A DNA stretch of 64,000 nt from an uncultured Chloroflexia bacterium (GTDB lineage Bacteria; Chloroflexota; Chloroflexia; Chloroflexales; Herpetosiphonaceae), in assembly GCA_963767035.1 (NCBI GenBank), contig CAVYBW010000001.1, positions 2,438,547-2,502,546 on the forward strand. Direction: 5' to 3'. The notes beneath the pieces were generated by a model that ran no database searches, was not told the DNA's origin, and was given only the letters and a program-made list of their open reading frames with translations. A program made the translations under genes and the position numbers. This document shows, in pieces, positions 21,426-30,463 of the stretch (position 1 is the first letter of the stretch; the number at the start of each line of letters is the position of its first letter).

Positions 21426-21905
21426 CCAGCCTCAAACTAGCACCTAGGTGCAAAACCAACGTTCCCTCACCTCAACCCTCTCCTGACAAGGGTGGGTTTT
21501 ACAAAGACTTAGTGAATGTGGATGGTTATGATCCCCTCACCCCAGCCCTCTCTCCCGCCCGCGAGGCGAGGGGGAGTCATAGCTTGGTTGTGACGCTTCG
21601 AACCACACCATGGTAGATTCACCGGAAACCGTGTGCTAACTACCAAATATCCTCGAGGTGGCAGAGATTAAAGCATCTCCCTCAAGCAGAGGGACCGAAG
21701 GGTGGAGAACAAGGGATCAGGATTCAGTGGTCAGGGATGAGCAACTCGGAAACCGCAAAGCACGTGAAGAGCCGAAGCAAGGTTTGGGTATTAGGCAGCA
21801 TAACACTATTCCACAGCGTAAATATTCGGGGGATGAAAGCCCCCGCGTCTCCCTCCAGCTGAGGGACGGAAGGGTGGAGAATTTTGATTCAATCGTGAGG
21901 ACCAA
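21426..21905. repeat. Cluster of dispersed repeats: two family-A palindromic copies (21452-21582) and two family-B copies (21661-21712, 21826-21905)
   Basis: 'gttccctcacctcaaccctctcc', 'tcccctcaccccagccctctctcccgcccgcgaggcgaggggg', and 'gggggatgaaagcccccgcgtctccctccagctgagggacggaagggtggagaa'. These also explain the spurious 168-aa ORF 21658..22164. Confidence 0.65.
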
Positions 21906-21963
21906 AAGCTTTATGGCGGCGATCCCATTGCTGAGATCGCCGTTATTGCACCGAGATTTCAAT

Positions 21964-24102
21964 TTATTGGCAGGTGCCGCCATTAAGTTGGAAGGCATTG
22001 CTTGCCAAACTTGGCGGGCTACCAACACCTTGGAAACCAAAGTTGGCGGTACCACCATTGGCTGCGAGATAGCCGTTCCAGCCAGCGTTGCCGACAGTCA
22101 CCGCGCTACCAGTTTGGCTGAGCGTGCCATTCCACAGATTACTGATGGTTTGGCCGCCAGTTAAGTTGAACTTCAAGTTCCAGCCATTGATCGCACTTGC
22201 TTGGAGGTTGGTCACGGTAACATCGGCAATGAAGCCTGAACCCCATTGGCTGGTTACCTTGAAATCAACCCGACAACCGACTCCAGTGCTGGTTGGGCTA
22301 GCCGTTGGCACTTGGGTTGGTGTCCGCGTCGCGGTTGGTGCGGTGGTTGCCGTCGCGGTTGGCACTTGGGTTGGTGTCCGCGTCGCCGTTGGAATGCTAG
22401 TTGGGCTAGCCGTTGGAATCGTCGTCGCGGTCGAGGTTGGGCCAGTCGTTGGCGTGCGGGTGACGGTTGGAATGCCGGTTGCAGTCGCGGTTGGCACTTG
22501 GGTTGGCGTGCGCGTCGCAGTCGCGGTTGGCCCTGTGGTTGACGTTGGTTGGTTGCTATTCACCACACCAACGGTCAGATAGTCGGCGTAGATTGTTGCC
22601 GTACCAGTGTTGCCAGTCAGGGCATTGAATTCAACCCCCAACTCGCGCACTTGATTGATATCGGGCACGCCTGCTAATTCAATCGTCAGCAAGCTTGTAC
22701 CTGAATCAAGCAGCACTGTGCCACTATCTTTCCAATTCCAAGCACTACCAGTCTTGATGTAGAGCTTCGCGTTGAGACCGCTCCCAACATTTTGGGCACT
22801 CAAGCGAATTTGAATTCGTGATTGACCAGTCAAATTAAGCTCTTGGGCAATGCCAATGCTCGCAGGCGTAGCCGCCAAATTAACTTGTGCTTTGATCCCA
22901 CGTTGGCCGTTAGCGGCCCAATCAGTGGTTACAACCGGCCCTGAAACTAAATTCGAGCCAGTCCAGCCTTGCAGCGTGCCATCTTCAAAATCGCTAACCA
23001 CAATGCCGGGCAATGGCGTTGGAGTTGGCGTACCCGGCGTTGCTGTGGGAGCGATCCCAAGCGTACCATTCCAAAGTTGGCTAACATTGGTACGATTCAA
23101 GGTTGCCCAGTGGGCATAGGTGCTTTGAATCCGGCTATCGGTATTGCGATAAAACATATCGGTATGCCAGATCATAAAGTAGGCAAATGGGGCGCTGCTC
23201 AAAAGCGCAGGGTCCATCATATAGTCGGTTTCGCTGAGCGCTTTAATCTTGGTTTGTGAAAAACGCCCAAGATCTTCGTACCAGCTCACGTAGTTGCCTG
23301 AGGTTTCATTATAAACGTCGCTGCCCAAAATATCGGCCTGGCCAGCGGGATACCATGCCGTGCTGACTCCTTTGACCCCAGGTGTCCAAACCCAGATCAA
23401 GTTGTGCAAGCCACGAGTGGTGACCAAATAGCTGAACATATCGTCCCAGAGGCGGCGATAGTTGATGGCTCCGTTATCTTTATCCCACCAGAACCAACCG
23501 CCACCAGCTTCGTGGTAGGGTCGCCACAGCACTGGCACGTTGGCATCTTCCAGTTGTTGCAAATCATCGGCAATATTATCGAGCCAAATCAGATAATTGT
23601 TGCGTTCAGTTGTGCCGTTGACAAACATATTGTCAATATCAACCACCGTAAACATATCTTGGTGGTTGGTACCTTGGCTGGCAACGGGTGTCCAGTGTTG
23701 GCTGATGGTTGGAATAACTTTGGCGTTGGCCCAATCGCTGATGATCGCATCGATCATCCATTGACCATCATTGGGCAGTGCGCCGCCGATGGGAAAATCC
23801 CAGCCACGCAGCGCGGGGTAACGTTGAGGATTAGTGCGGGCATAAACTGCATTCGACATTTCGTCTTTGCGAGCATTATCCCAGTGAACTTCTTGCTGAC
23901 CGCCGAGCCAATACTGACCTTTGTATTGGTCAAAGCGATCGAGCACATTTTGGGCATACGGGGCGAGATTTGGATCGGCGGCTTGATAGGCGGTAATCGC
24001 GGCCTTGGTGCTATGCGTTGGCAACAAACTTAATGAACCAAGCACAACCCCAAGGAGCGCAATCGTCAACAACGACCGCGAACGGCTCAGGTTCGACCAC
24101 AT
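21964..24102 (-). CDS. Secreted GH26 glycoside hydrolase (beta-mannanase-like) with an internal CBM, Pro/Thr linker and C-terminal CBM2
   Basis: Signal peptide. 'WRPYHEAGGGWFWWDK' matches the GH26 catalytic-acid block. C-terminal 'CRVDFKVTSQWGSGFIADVTVTN...WNLKF...GGTCQ' is CBM2. Confidence 0.7.
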   Translation of the reverse strand: MWSNLSRSRSLLTIALLGVVLGSLSLLPTHSTKAAITAYQAADPNLAPYAQNVLDRFDQYKGQYWLGGQQEVHWDNARKDEMSNAVYARTNPQRYPALRGWDFPIGGALPNDGQWMIDAIISDWANAKVIPTISQHWTPVASQGTNHQDMFTVVDIDNMFVNGTTERNNYLIWLDNIADDLQQLEDANVPVLWRPYHEAGGGWFWWDKDNGAINYRRLWDDMFSYLVTTRGLHNLIWVWTPGVKGVSTAWYPAGQADILGSDVYNETSGNYVSWYEDLGRFSQTKIKALSETDYMMDPALLSSAPFAYFMIWHTDMFYRNTDSRIQSTYAHWATLNRTNVSQLWNGTLGIAPTATPGTPTPTPLPGIVVSDFEDGTLQGWTGSNLVSGPVVTTDWAANGQRGIKAQVNLAATPASIGIAQELNLTGQSRIQIRLSAQNVGSGLNAKLYIKTGSAWNWKDSGTVLLDSGTSLLTIELAGVPDINQVRELGVEFNALTGNTGTATIYADYLTVGVVNSNQPTSTTGPTATATRTPTQVPTATATGIPTVTRTPTTGPTSTATTIPTASPTSIPTATRTPTQVPTATATTAPTATRTPTQVPTASPTSTGVGCRVDFKVTSQWGSGFIADVTVTNLQASAINGWNLKFNLTGGQTISNLWNGTLSQTGSAVTVGNAGWNGYLAANGGTANFGFQGVGSPPSLASNAFQLNGGTCQ

Positions 24103-24299
24103 GGCGACAATCTCCTTTGATTGAGGACATTCAGCGTTGGGTATTGATCGTAGGTAGAACGAGGCTATGATGCGATGGGCTACACGAGTGAATGTCCAAG
24201 ATTCCAGAGCTAATTGAGGAACATTCCCATCAGCGATAATAGTCTAAATTTTTAAAGAGTCAATTCAAATTTTAAGTATTTCTTTAGAATTTCAAACAA

Positions 24300-24334
24300 C
24301 AAAGTCGCCAGCTATGTGCTTAGCTGGCGACTTC
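24300..24334 (-). terminator. Probable terminator for htpG
   Basis: Perfect hairpin 'aagtcgccagct...agctggcgactt' with a T-rich tail on the minus strand. Confidence 0.45.
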
Positions 24335-24454
24335 TTCAATCCTCTAGGCAGTTGTTTTTAGTAATAATTTAGACTTTACCTTTGGCGCGATCGTTGTCCA
24401 GCATAATTATTTGAGGCGTAATCAGTCGCATGTTGGGGATTCTAGTGGCTTGAA

Positions 24455-24648
24455 AGTTCCCTCACCCCCAGCCCCCTCTCCCACCTAGCGGGCGAGGGGG
24501 AGTCGGAAAACGAATAATCTTGCTTTTCCACACGGGGCGCGGAGGAGTCCTGATCCAAAAATGCTGGTTTCTCGATCCAATCTTGATCAAACCACCATAT
24601 CAAGCCCCTCTCCCGCTAGGTGGGAGAGGGGCTGGGGTAAGGGAACTT
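24455..24648. mobile_element. MITE-like element, family A (~194 bp) with ~21-bp TIRs
   Basis: Left 'aagttccctcacccccagcccc' and right 'ggggctggggtaagggaactt'. Sub-terminal hairpins are 'cccctctcccacctagcgggcgagggg' and 'cccctctcccgctaggtgggagagggg'. Confidence 0.65.
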
Positions 24649-24651
24649 GAT

Positions 24652-26526
24652 TTATTGCTTTTTGGTGGCGGCGGCGATCAAGGCATGCACGCCGCTGATC
24701 AACTCGCTGGGGTTGGGGTGTAAGCCTTCGCCCAACAAGGCCGTGCCATACAATTGCTCAACCGCAACCTTGAACAATTCGCCTTGATCAGGCTCGTCGA
24801 GCAATGCTGCCAAGTTATGCACAATCGCGTGGCGTGGATTGAGTTCAAGAATTCGGCTGGGTATGCTATATTCTTGGCCCATCATACGCCGAATGCGATC
24901 CATATCGCGGCCCATATCATCGCTCGGTGCGGCCAAACGCACAGGATTGCTGCGTAGCAATTTCGAGCCACGTACTTCGCTGATTTGCTCGCCCAATAAT
25001 TCCTTGATCCGGTCGCCAAGTTGGCCAAGGGTGGCTGCCGAGATCGAGCCTTCAAGCTCAATATCGTCGCCAGCAATATCGGCATCATCAACCGAGCGCA
25101 ATTTTTTGCCTTGGAAATCGCGCAAGCTCGAAATCACAAAGCTATCGATTGTTTCATGCAGCAACAGCACTTCGAAGCCGCGTTCATTGAAATAATCAAG
25201 GTGCGGCGAACGGCGAGCGGTATCCACATTGTCGGCAATCACATAATAAATATCTTCTTGGCCTTCCTTCATGCGTTCGACATACTCGCTGAGCTTGGTC
25301 AAGCCCTCGCTGTTGGTTGAGTGGAAGCGCAAGAGTGGCTCAATTTGGCTGCGCGTGCCGGGATCGGTCACCAAGCCTTCTTTGAAATATGGCCCAAATT
25401 CACGCCAGAACTCGGCAAATTTCTCGGCATCGTTATCGGCTAAGGTTTCAATTTCTTTGGTAATTTTGTTGGTGATAATTTTGGCAATTTGGCGCAATGT
25501 ACCGCTGCTTTGCACCGTTTCACGCGAGACATTCAACGGCAAGTCTTCCGAATCGACCACACCTTGGACAAAGCGCAAATGCTTGGGCAACAATTCTTCG
25601 TTGCGATCTTGGATGAGCACCTTGCGTGAATACAGCTTCAAGCCAGGATCAGGAATTTGGCGCATCATGCCTTGCTCACGTTTGGCGGGCAAGAACAAAA
25701 TTGCGTGCAAATCAACCGGCGCATCGGTGCTGATGTGGACGGTGCTCAATGGCTCGCTGAAATCCATCGTGGTTTGGCGATAGAAATCATTATATTCTTC
25801 TTGCGTGACTTCGCGTGGTTGCTTGCGCCACAGGGCAGTGCGTTGGTTGAGCGTCTTCTTTTCGTCGCCTTCAGCCGAATAAATTGGGAAGGCCACAAAA
25901 TTGGAGTGCTGGCGCACAATTTGTTCGAGCTTCCAACGTTCGGCGTATTCTTCGGCATCTTCTTTGAGCACAATTTCGATCGTCGTGCCACGTTCGCTGC
26001 GTTCGGCTGCTTCCAAGGTGTAGGTTGCTTCGCCGCGTGAAGTCCAGCGCCAGGCAGTTGCGTCGGGCTGATGCGACAACGAGGTGACACGCACTTCATC
26101 TGCTGCCATAAAGACTGAGTAGAAACCCACGCCAAATTGACCAATAATTTCGCTGCTATTGGTTGGGTTGGCTTCGCCCAGCTTTTGCAAGAAGGCTTTC
26201 GCGCCTGATTGAGCGACAGTACCCAAATTCTTGATCATATCGTCGCGGGTCATGCCAATCCCAGTATCGCTGATGCGAATAATCCGAGCATCTTTATCGG
26301 CTTCAAGCGTGATTGCCAATTCAAGCTCAGGATCGCGCACATCTTGGTTGGTCAGCATCTCGAATTGCACCCGATTCAAGGCATCGGAAGCATTCGAAAT
26401 CAATTCGCGCACAAAAATCTCGCGATGGGTATACAGCGAGTGAATCAGAATATGCAAAACTTGTTGTATTTCAGCTTGGAATTGAAACTGTTCGCGCTCG
26501 TTGGCAACGTCGTGTTGCTCAGCCAT
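24652..26526 (-). CDS. htpG: Molecular chaperone HtpG (Hsp90)
   Basis: 'ELISNASDALNRVQF' and 'GQFGVGFYS' are the canonical Hsp90 N-domain motifs. 624 aa. Confidence 0.92.
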   Translation of the reverse strand: MAEQHDVANEREQFQFQAEIQQVLHILIHSLYTHREIFVRELISNASDALNRVQFEMLTNQDVRDPELELAITLEADKDARIIRISDTGIGMTRDDMIKNLGTVAQSGAKAFLQKLGEANPTNSSEIIGQFGVGFYSVFMAADEVRVTSLSHQPDATAWRWTSRGEATYTLEAAERSERGTTIEIVLKEDAEEYAERWKLEQIVRQHSNFVAFPIYSAEGDEKKTLNQRTALWRKQPREVTQEEYNDFYRQTTMDFSEPLSTVHISTDAPVDLHAILFLPAKREQGMMRQIPDPGLKLYSRKVLIQDRNEELLPKHLRFVQGVVDSEDLPLNVSRETVQSSGTLRQIAKIITNKITKEIETLADNDAEKFAEFWREFGPYFKEGLVTDPGTRSQIEPLLRFHSTNSEGLTKLSEYVERMKEGQEDIYYVIADNVDTARRSPHLDYFNERGFEVLLLHETIDSFVISSLRDFQGKKLRSVDDADIAGDDIELEGSISAATLGQLGDRIKELLGEQISEVRGSKLLRSNPVRLAAPSDDMGRDMDRIRRMMGQEYSIPSRILELNPRHAIVHNLAALLDEPDQGELFKVAVEQLYGTALLGEGLHPNPSELISGVHALIAAATKKQ

Positions 26527-26769
26527 AGGTCTCTACTCCTTATGAAAAAATCTAAATCGGAATTTAAACCGCTAGGCCGATTGTAGCATAGCCAAGCCTG
26601 CTGCGAGAAGCTTTCTACGTTAGCATTGTGTTGGAGATGCGGCATAAGACTGAGGCCAAACGAGCCAAAACTTGGTATAACTCAACTATTCTTTTACCTT
26701 GGAGGCATTTCATGCAAACACTATCACTCACTGCTGGCATTGTTTGGGTTAAGTATCAGCAACGATAAA

Positions 26770-27121
26770 CGATTCCCTCATCCCCCAACCTCACAAGGGT
26801 AGGTTTTTAACAATGGTATGGTTGGATGGACAAGAGTTCATGATTCCCTCACCCCCCAACCCCCTCTCCCACTAGACGCGGGCGAGGGGGCTTACGGGGC
26901 TAGGTTTTTAATCAAGGCTCGTGGTGCACCATTCCCCTCTCCCACTGGATGGGAGAGGGGGAGATGCCCTTGTTCACCGACGCATTGCGAACGAACCATT
27001 GTGTTAAAACCCCTCGCACGTAACGCGGGCGAGGGGTTGATGAGGGAACGCAACCAATCATTAAACCCTTGTAACAAGCCTCACTTGTCGAGCGATCAAG
27101 GGGTTGGATGTGAGGGAATCG
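26770..27121. mobile_element. Nested family-A palindromic repeats (outer TIR pair plus about three inner copies)
   Basis: Outer ends 'cgattccctcatcccccaacc' and 'ggggttggatgtgagggaatcg'. Inner pieces include 'tgattccctcaccccccaaccccctctcccactagacgcgggcgaggggg', 'cccctctcccactggatgggagagggg' and 'cccctcgcacgtaacgcgggcgagggg'. Confidence 0.6.
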
Positions 27122-27172
27122 TAGCAACCGCGCTTATACTTGCCATGCTGGGTTAACTTTTTCTAGCAGGAG

Positions 27173-28387
27173 TTGCATGTGCAACCGCAAGCGCGTTTGA
27201 GCTATCTGGTTTTGGAATTCAGCACGCGGCTGATGTTGAGTTGTATTTTTACCGCCTCGATGCTCTATCGGATTCAAGTTTTGCAGCTTGATCCGTTGCA
27301 ATTAGTTTTAGTTGGCACCGTTTTGGAAGCCGCCGCCTTTGCCTTGGAAATTCCCACGGGCGTGGTCGCCGATGTCTACAGTCGGCGCTTGTCGGTAGTT
27401 TTGGGGGTGGCCTTTTTGGGCTTGGGAGCGCTCAGCGAGGTTTGGCTAGGCAGTTTTGTTGGCAGTTTGCTGGCGCAGCTAGTTTGGGCTTTGGGTTATA
27501 CCCTGATGAGCGGCGCAACCGAGGCTTGGATCACCGATGAACTAGGAGTTGAAGCGGTCGAGCCATTGTTTCTCAAGGCCGCGCAACTCAATAGCATTGC
27601 CAGTTTATTGGGCATTGGCGTAGGCATAGTGCTCGCCAGATTTGGCTTGGTTTGGCCGATGATCAGTGGTGGTGTGGCCTTGGTTGGCTTGGCGTTTGGC
27701 CTTCGTTGGTTAATGCCAGAGACCGGATTTACCCCCGCGCCCGTGGTTGAACGCCAAAGTTGGGGTCGCTTTGGGGCGACGTTGGGCCATGGCTGGCAAG
27801 CGGTACGGGTGCAGCCAATGCTGCTTAGTTTGTTGCTAATCAGTGCAATCGCTGGAGCAGCATCCGAGGGCTACGATCGGCTGTGGGAAGCGCATTTGCT
27901 GACCACGATTGGCCTGCCAACATGGCTTAATCTCCAGCCAGTTACGTGGTTTGGCATAATTGCCGCACTAGGAACCTTGGCAAGTTTATTAGCGGTTAGC
28001 GTGGTGCAACGCTTGGCGAGCAACACCAGCGAACGCAGCATGTGGCTGTTGCGTTGGCAATACGGCTTGTTGGCGCTGGGCTTGCTTGGTTTAGCGTTCG
28101 CCCAACAATTTGCTATAGCCTTGTTTTGGATTATGTTAATTCGAATGCTGCGCCAAAGCATTCAACCGTTGTATAGCGCTTGGCTCAATCGGCTGATTGA
28201 AAGTCGCAGCCGAGCGACAATTATCTCGATTAATAGCCAAGCCGATGCCTTTGGCCAGATTTTAGGTGGGCCAATCATTGGATTAATCGCTAGTCGCATT
28301 GGGCTACCAGCAGCATTTGTGGCCGCAAGCTGCTGTTTATGGCCAATGCTAGTGATATTACGGCGCGGCAGGCTAACCAAGCAATAA
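27173..28387 (+). CDS. MFS-family transporter
   Basis: About 12 predicted TM helices and 404 aa. MFS-like 'GVVADVYSRRLSVVLGV' loop. Confidence 0.7.
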   Translation: MHVQPQARLSYLVLEFSTRLMLSCIFTASMLYRIQVLQLDPLQLVLVGTVLEAAAFALEIPTGVVADVYSRRLSVVLGVAFLGLGALSEVWLGSFVGSLLAQLVWALGYTLMSGATEAWITDELGVEAVEPLFLKAAQLNSIASLLGIGVGIVLARFGLVWPMISGGVALVGLAFGLRWLMPETGFTPAPVVERQSWGRFGATLGHGWQAVRVQPMLLSLLLISAIAGAASEGYDRLWEAHLLTTIGLPTWLNLQPVTWFGIIAALGTLASLLAVSVVQRLASNTSERSMWLLRWQYGLLALGLLGLAFAQQFAIALFWIMLIRMLRQSIQPLYSAWLNRLIESRSRATIISINSQADAFGQILGGPIIGLIASRIGLPAAFVAASCCLWPMLVILRRGRLTKQ

Positions 28388-28424
28388 ATTAAAATCAAGC
28401 GGCTAAAATCGATCAGTCATGAGC

Positions 28425-28456
28425 GTAGGTTTCTACGCCATGGCCGTTTTTTTAAT
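28425..28456 (+). terminator. Rho-independent terminator after the MFS gene
   Basis: 'gagcgtag gtttc ctacgc...' followed by 'gttttttt'. Confidence 0.55.
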
Positions 28457-28559
28457 TTTCACCTAGCAATAAAAACCTAACAATTAAATACAATCGAAAT
28501 AATTGTCGCGTGCGTGTCGCAAGCCTTTCACAGGGTTGTCGCACTGAGAAAACGAAGCT

Positions 28560-28982
28560 GTGTCCAGACCCAAATTGATACAGCTTAGGAGGCTCTCAGT
28601 GTACAACTCATCATCAATTAGCCGCCGCATCCTACTCGCCTTCGCAACCTTCGGTCTGATTTTTGTCAGTTTTGTTTACACTGCCCTCACAAGCAGCCAA
28701 ACCCTTCAATTTGATACACCAGCAGCTTCCAACACCGCATGGCAATGGGGCGACATCGAAACCATTACCGTTACCCAGCAATTACAAACCGCGCCACTTA
28801 ACACCGCATGGCAATGGGGCGACATCGAAACCATTACCATTACCCAGCAATTGCAAACCGCACCACTGAATACCGCATGGCAATGGGGCGATATCGAAAC
28901 CATTACCGTCACCCAGCAATTACAAACCACACCACTAAATGTCGCTTGGCAATGGGGCAATATCGAATCAGGCAAGCTTTAG
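28560..28982 (+). CDS. Membrane-anchored protein with 3.6 near-identical 23-aa tandem repeats (NTAWQWGDIETITVTQQLQTAPL)
   Basis: N-terminal TM helix 'ILLAFATFGLIFVSFVY'. The 69-nt DNA repeats at 28731-28976 are about 95% identical. Confidence 0.55.
   Translation: MSRPKLIQLRRLSVYNSSSISRRILLAFATFGLIFVSFVYTALTSSQTLQFDTPAASNTAWQWGDIETITVTQQLQTAPLNTAWQWGDIETITITQQLQTAPLNTAWQWGDIETITVTQQLQTTPLNVAWQWGNIESGKL
28731..28976 (+). repeat. 69-bp tandem repeat x3.6 inside a CDS
   Basis: Units start at 28731, 28800, 28869 and 28938 (partial). Confidence 0.85.
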
Positions 28983-29001
28983 CCGAGAAGGAGGACGCGG
29001 C

Positions 29002-29634
29002 ATGGATACAACAACATTTCCGGAACTTTGGCACTCCATTCCGCGTGATATTGCAGCCTTGCTACCAAACACGCCAACCCTGCCCTACGAAGCCCATTTG
29101 CTCTTAAATACTATCGCTCGCCATTCGCATGAACTTTATTCTCATTCGCTACGGGTTGGCCAAATGGCGTGGCATATGAGCCAGACGCTGGGCTTACCAA
29201 GCTACGAACATCAGCAGATTTGGCTGGCAGCGCTCTTGCACGATTGTGGCAAAACCCGCATGCCACGCAGTTTGCTGGTTCGTCCGACGCTTGGCAGCCC
29301 ACCTTGGGAAGTAGCGATCTATCAACAGCATGTCAACGAAGGCATCGCGCTATTGCAAGCGTATCCAAGATTGCACGCCTTGATGCCTTTGGTAGCTGAG
29401 CACCACGAACGAATCGATGGCAACGGCTTTCCACGTGGCAGCAAATACCCAACACGTAGCGCCCAAATTGTCGCCTTGGCCAATACGCTCGACCATCTGC
29501 GGGCACAACCAAGCAGCCTTGGCAACAATCTGCAAGGCTTGATCAATCAGGCAATTGGCCACGATTGGGATGCAGCGGTGGCAGCAACGGCGCTTAGTGC
29601 TTGGCGACAAGCCAATCTGGCTGAGGTTGGATAA
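29002..29634 (+). CDS. Stand-alone HD-GYP domain protein, a putative c-di-GMP phosphodiesterase
   Basis: 'HSLRVGQ', 'LLHDCGK' and 'EHHERIDGNGFPRG' carry the HD and GYP motifs. RBS 'gaaggagga'. Confidence 0.7.
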   Translation: MDTTTFPELWHSIPRDIAALLPNTPTLPYEAHLLLNTIARHSHELYSHSLRVGQMAWHMSQTLGLPSYEHQQIWLAALLHDCGKTRMPRSLLVRPTLGSPPWEVAIYQQHVNEGIALLQAYPRLHALMPLVAEHHERIDGNGFPRGSKYPTRSAQIVALANTLDHLRAQPSSLGNNLQGLINQAIGHDWDAAVAATALSAWRQANLAEVG

Positions 29635-30442
29635 CTTGTTCGTGCCATTCGGCGGCTTGTTGGCGCAAACGATTGCGCACCAAGGCCAAGGCATCAGCCG
29701 ATTGATCCGCTGCAATCCAGCGCCGACCTAAGCGTTGAGCCACTGCCGCCGTCGTGCCTGAGCCACAACAGAGATCGGCTACCAGATCGCCTGAATTGCT
29801 TGCTGCGAGGATGATTCGCTCCAGCAAGCGTTCAGGCTTTTGGGTGGGATAGCCCAAGCGCTCGGCAGCCATGGGGTTGAGCATGGGAATATCCCAAACA
29901 TCATCAACCGGCGTGCCATCGGGATGCGGCAAATAGCGCTTGCCTGCTGCCGAGCGAATGCCAGCCTTGGCAAAACCGCTGCTGGCTTTATAGGGTTGGC
30001 GCATCGCTTGCAAATTATATGTCCAGTGTTGGGGATGCTTGCTATACCACAAAATCGTATCGTGTTTGTGCGAAAAGCTACGCCGTGCCCGCCCGCCACC
30101 AGTATAATGCCAAATAATTTCATTGCGAAAACAATCGAAGCCCCAAAGCCGATCAAGCAGCACTTTGGCATAATGCACAGCCCGGCGATCAAGGTGCAAA
30201 AATAACGAGCCATGCTCAGCCACAAGCTGGTGCGCAGCCAGCAAGCGTTGCTCTAGCCAAGCCAAATAGGCAGTTAAGCCACCTTGCCAGCGATCATCAA
30301 ACGCGCCAGCGCTATCGGCAAACACACGGCCAGCAGCAAACGGCGGGTCGAGATACAGGAGATCGATCGATTGTGGCGCGATTGTGGCGATAACGTCCAA
30401 CATTTCGCCTTGAATAAGCTGATTTGATTGCTGCGAATTCAC
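29594..30442 (-). CDS. Beta-class DNA methyltransferase (N6-adenine or N4-cytosine, CcrM/HinfI-like order with motif IV before motif I)
   Basis: 'LLYLDPPFAAG' is motif IV and 'GDLVADLCCGSGTTAAVAQ' is motif I. Its 3' end converges on and overlaps the HD-GYP gene. Confidence 0.75.
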   Translation of the reverse strand: MNSQQSNQLIQGEMLDVIATIAPQSIDLLYLDPPFAAGRVFADSAGAFDDRWQGGLTAYLAWLEQRLLAAHQLVAEHGSLFLHLDRRAVHYAKVLLDRLWGFDCFRNEIIWHYTGGGRARRSFSHKHDTILWYSKHPQHWTYNLQAMRQPYKASSGFAKAGIRSAAGKRYLPHPDGTPVDDVWDIPMLNPMAAERLGYPTQKPERLLERIILAASNSGDLVADLCCGSGTTAAVAQRLGRRWIAADQSADALALVRNRLRQQAAEWHEQVIQPQPDWLVAKH

Positions 30443-30463
30443 GCCTGGCCCTTCTAACTATGA

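Noticed and set aside
21658-22164. 168-aa ORF 'MAEIKASPSS...'
   Set aside because: It lies entirely within family-A/B palindromic repeats and the 3' end of the GH26 region on the other strand. Composition is repeat-derived with no RBS.
26527-26700. CIRCE/HrcA operator upstream of htpG and dnaK
   Set aside because: No TTAGCACTC-N9-GAGTGCTAA or close variant was found by eye in either leader.
24440-27130. Possible CRISPR array suggested by recurring GC-rich palindromes
   Set aside because: Repeats are not uniformly spaced or oriented. They have terminal inverted repeats and nested structure, and no cas genes are nearby. They are MITE/REP-like, not CRISPR.
26818-27156. 112-aa ORF plus antisense ORFs in the 26.8 kb repeat cluster
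   Set aside because: Translation of nested palindromic repeats. Identical peptide fragments recur at 48731..49072 only because the DNA repeat recurs.
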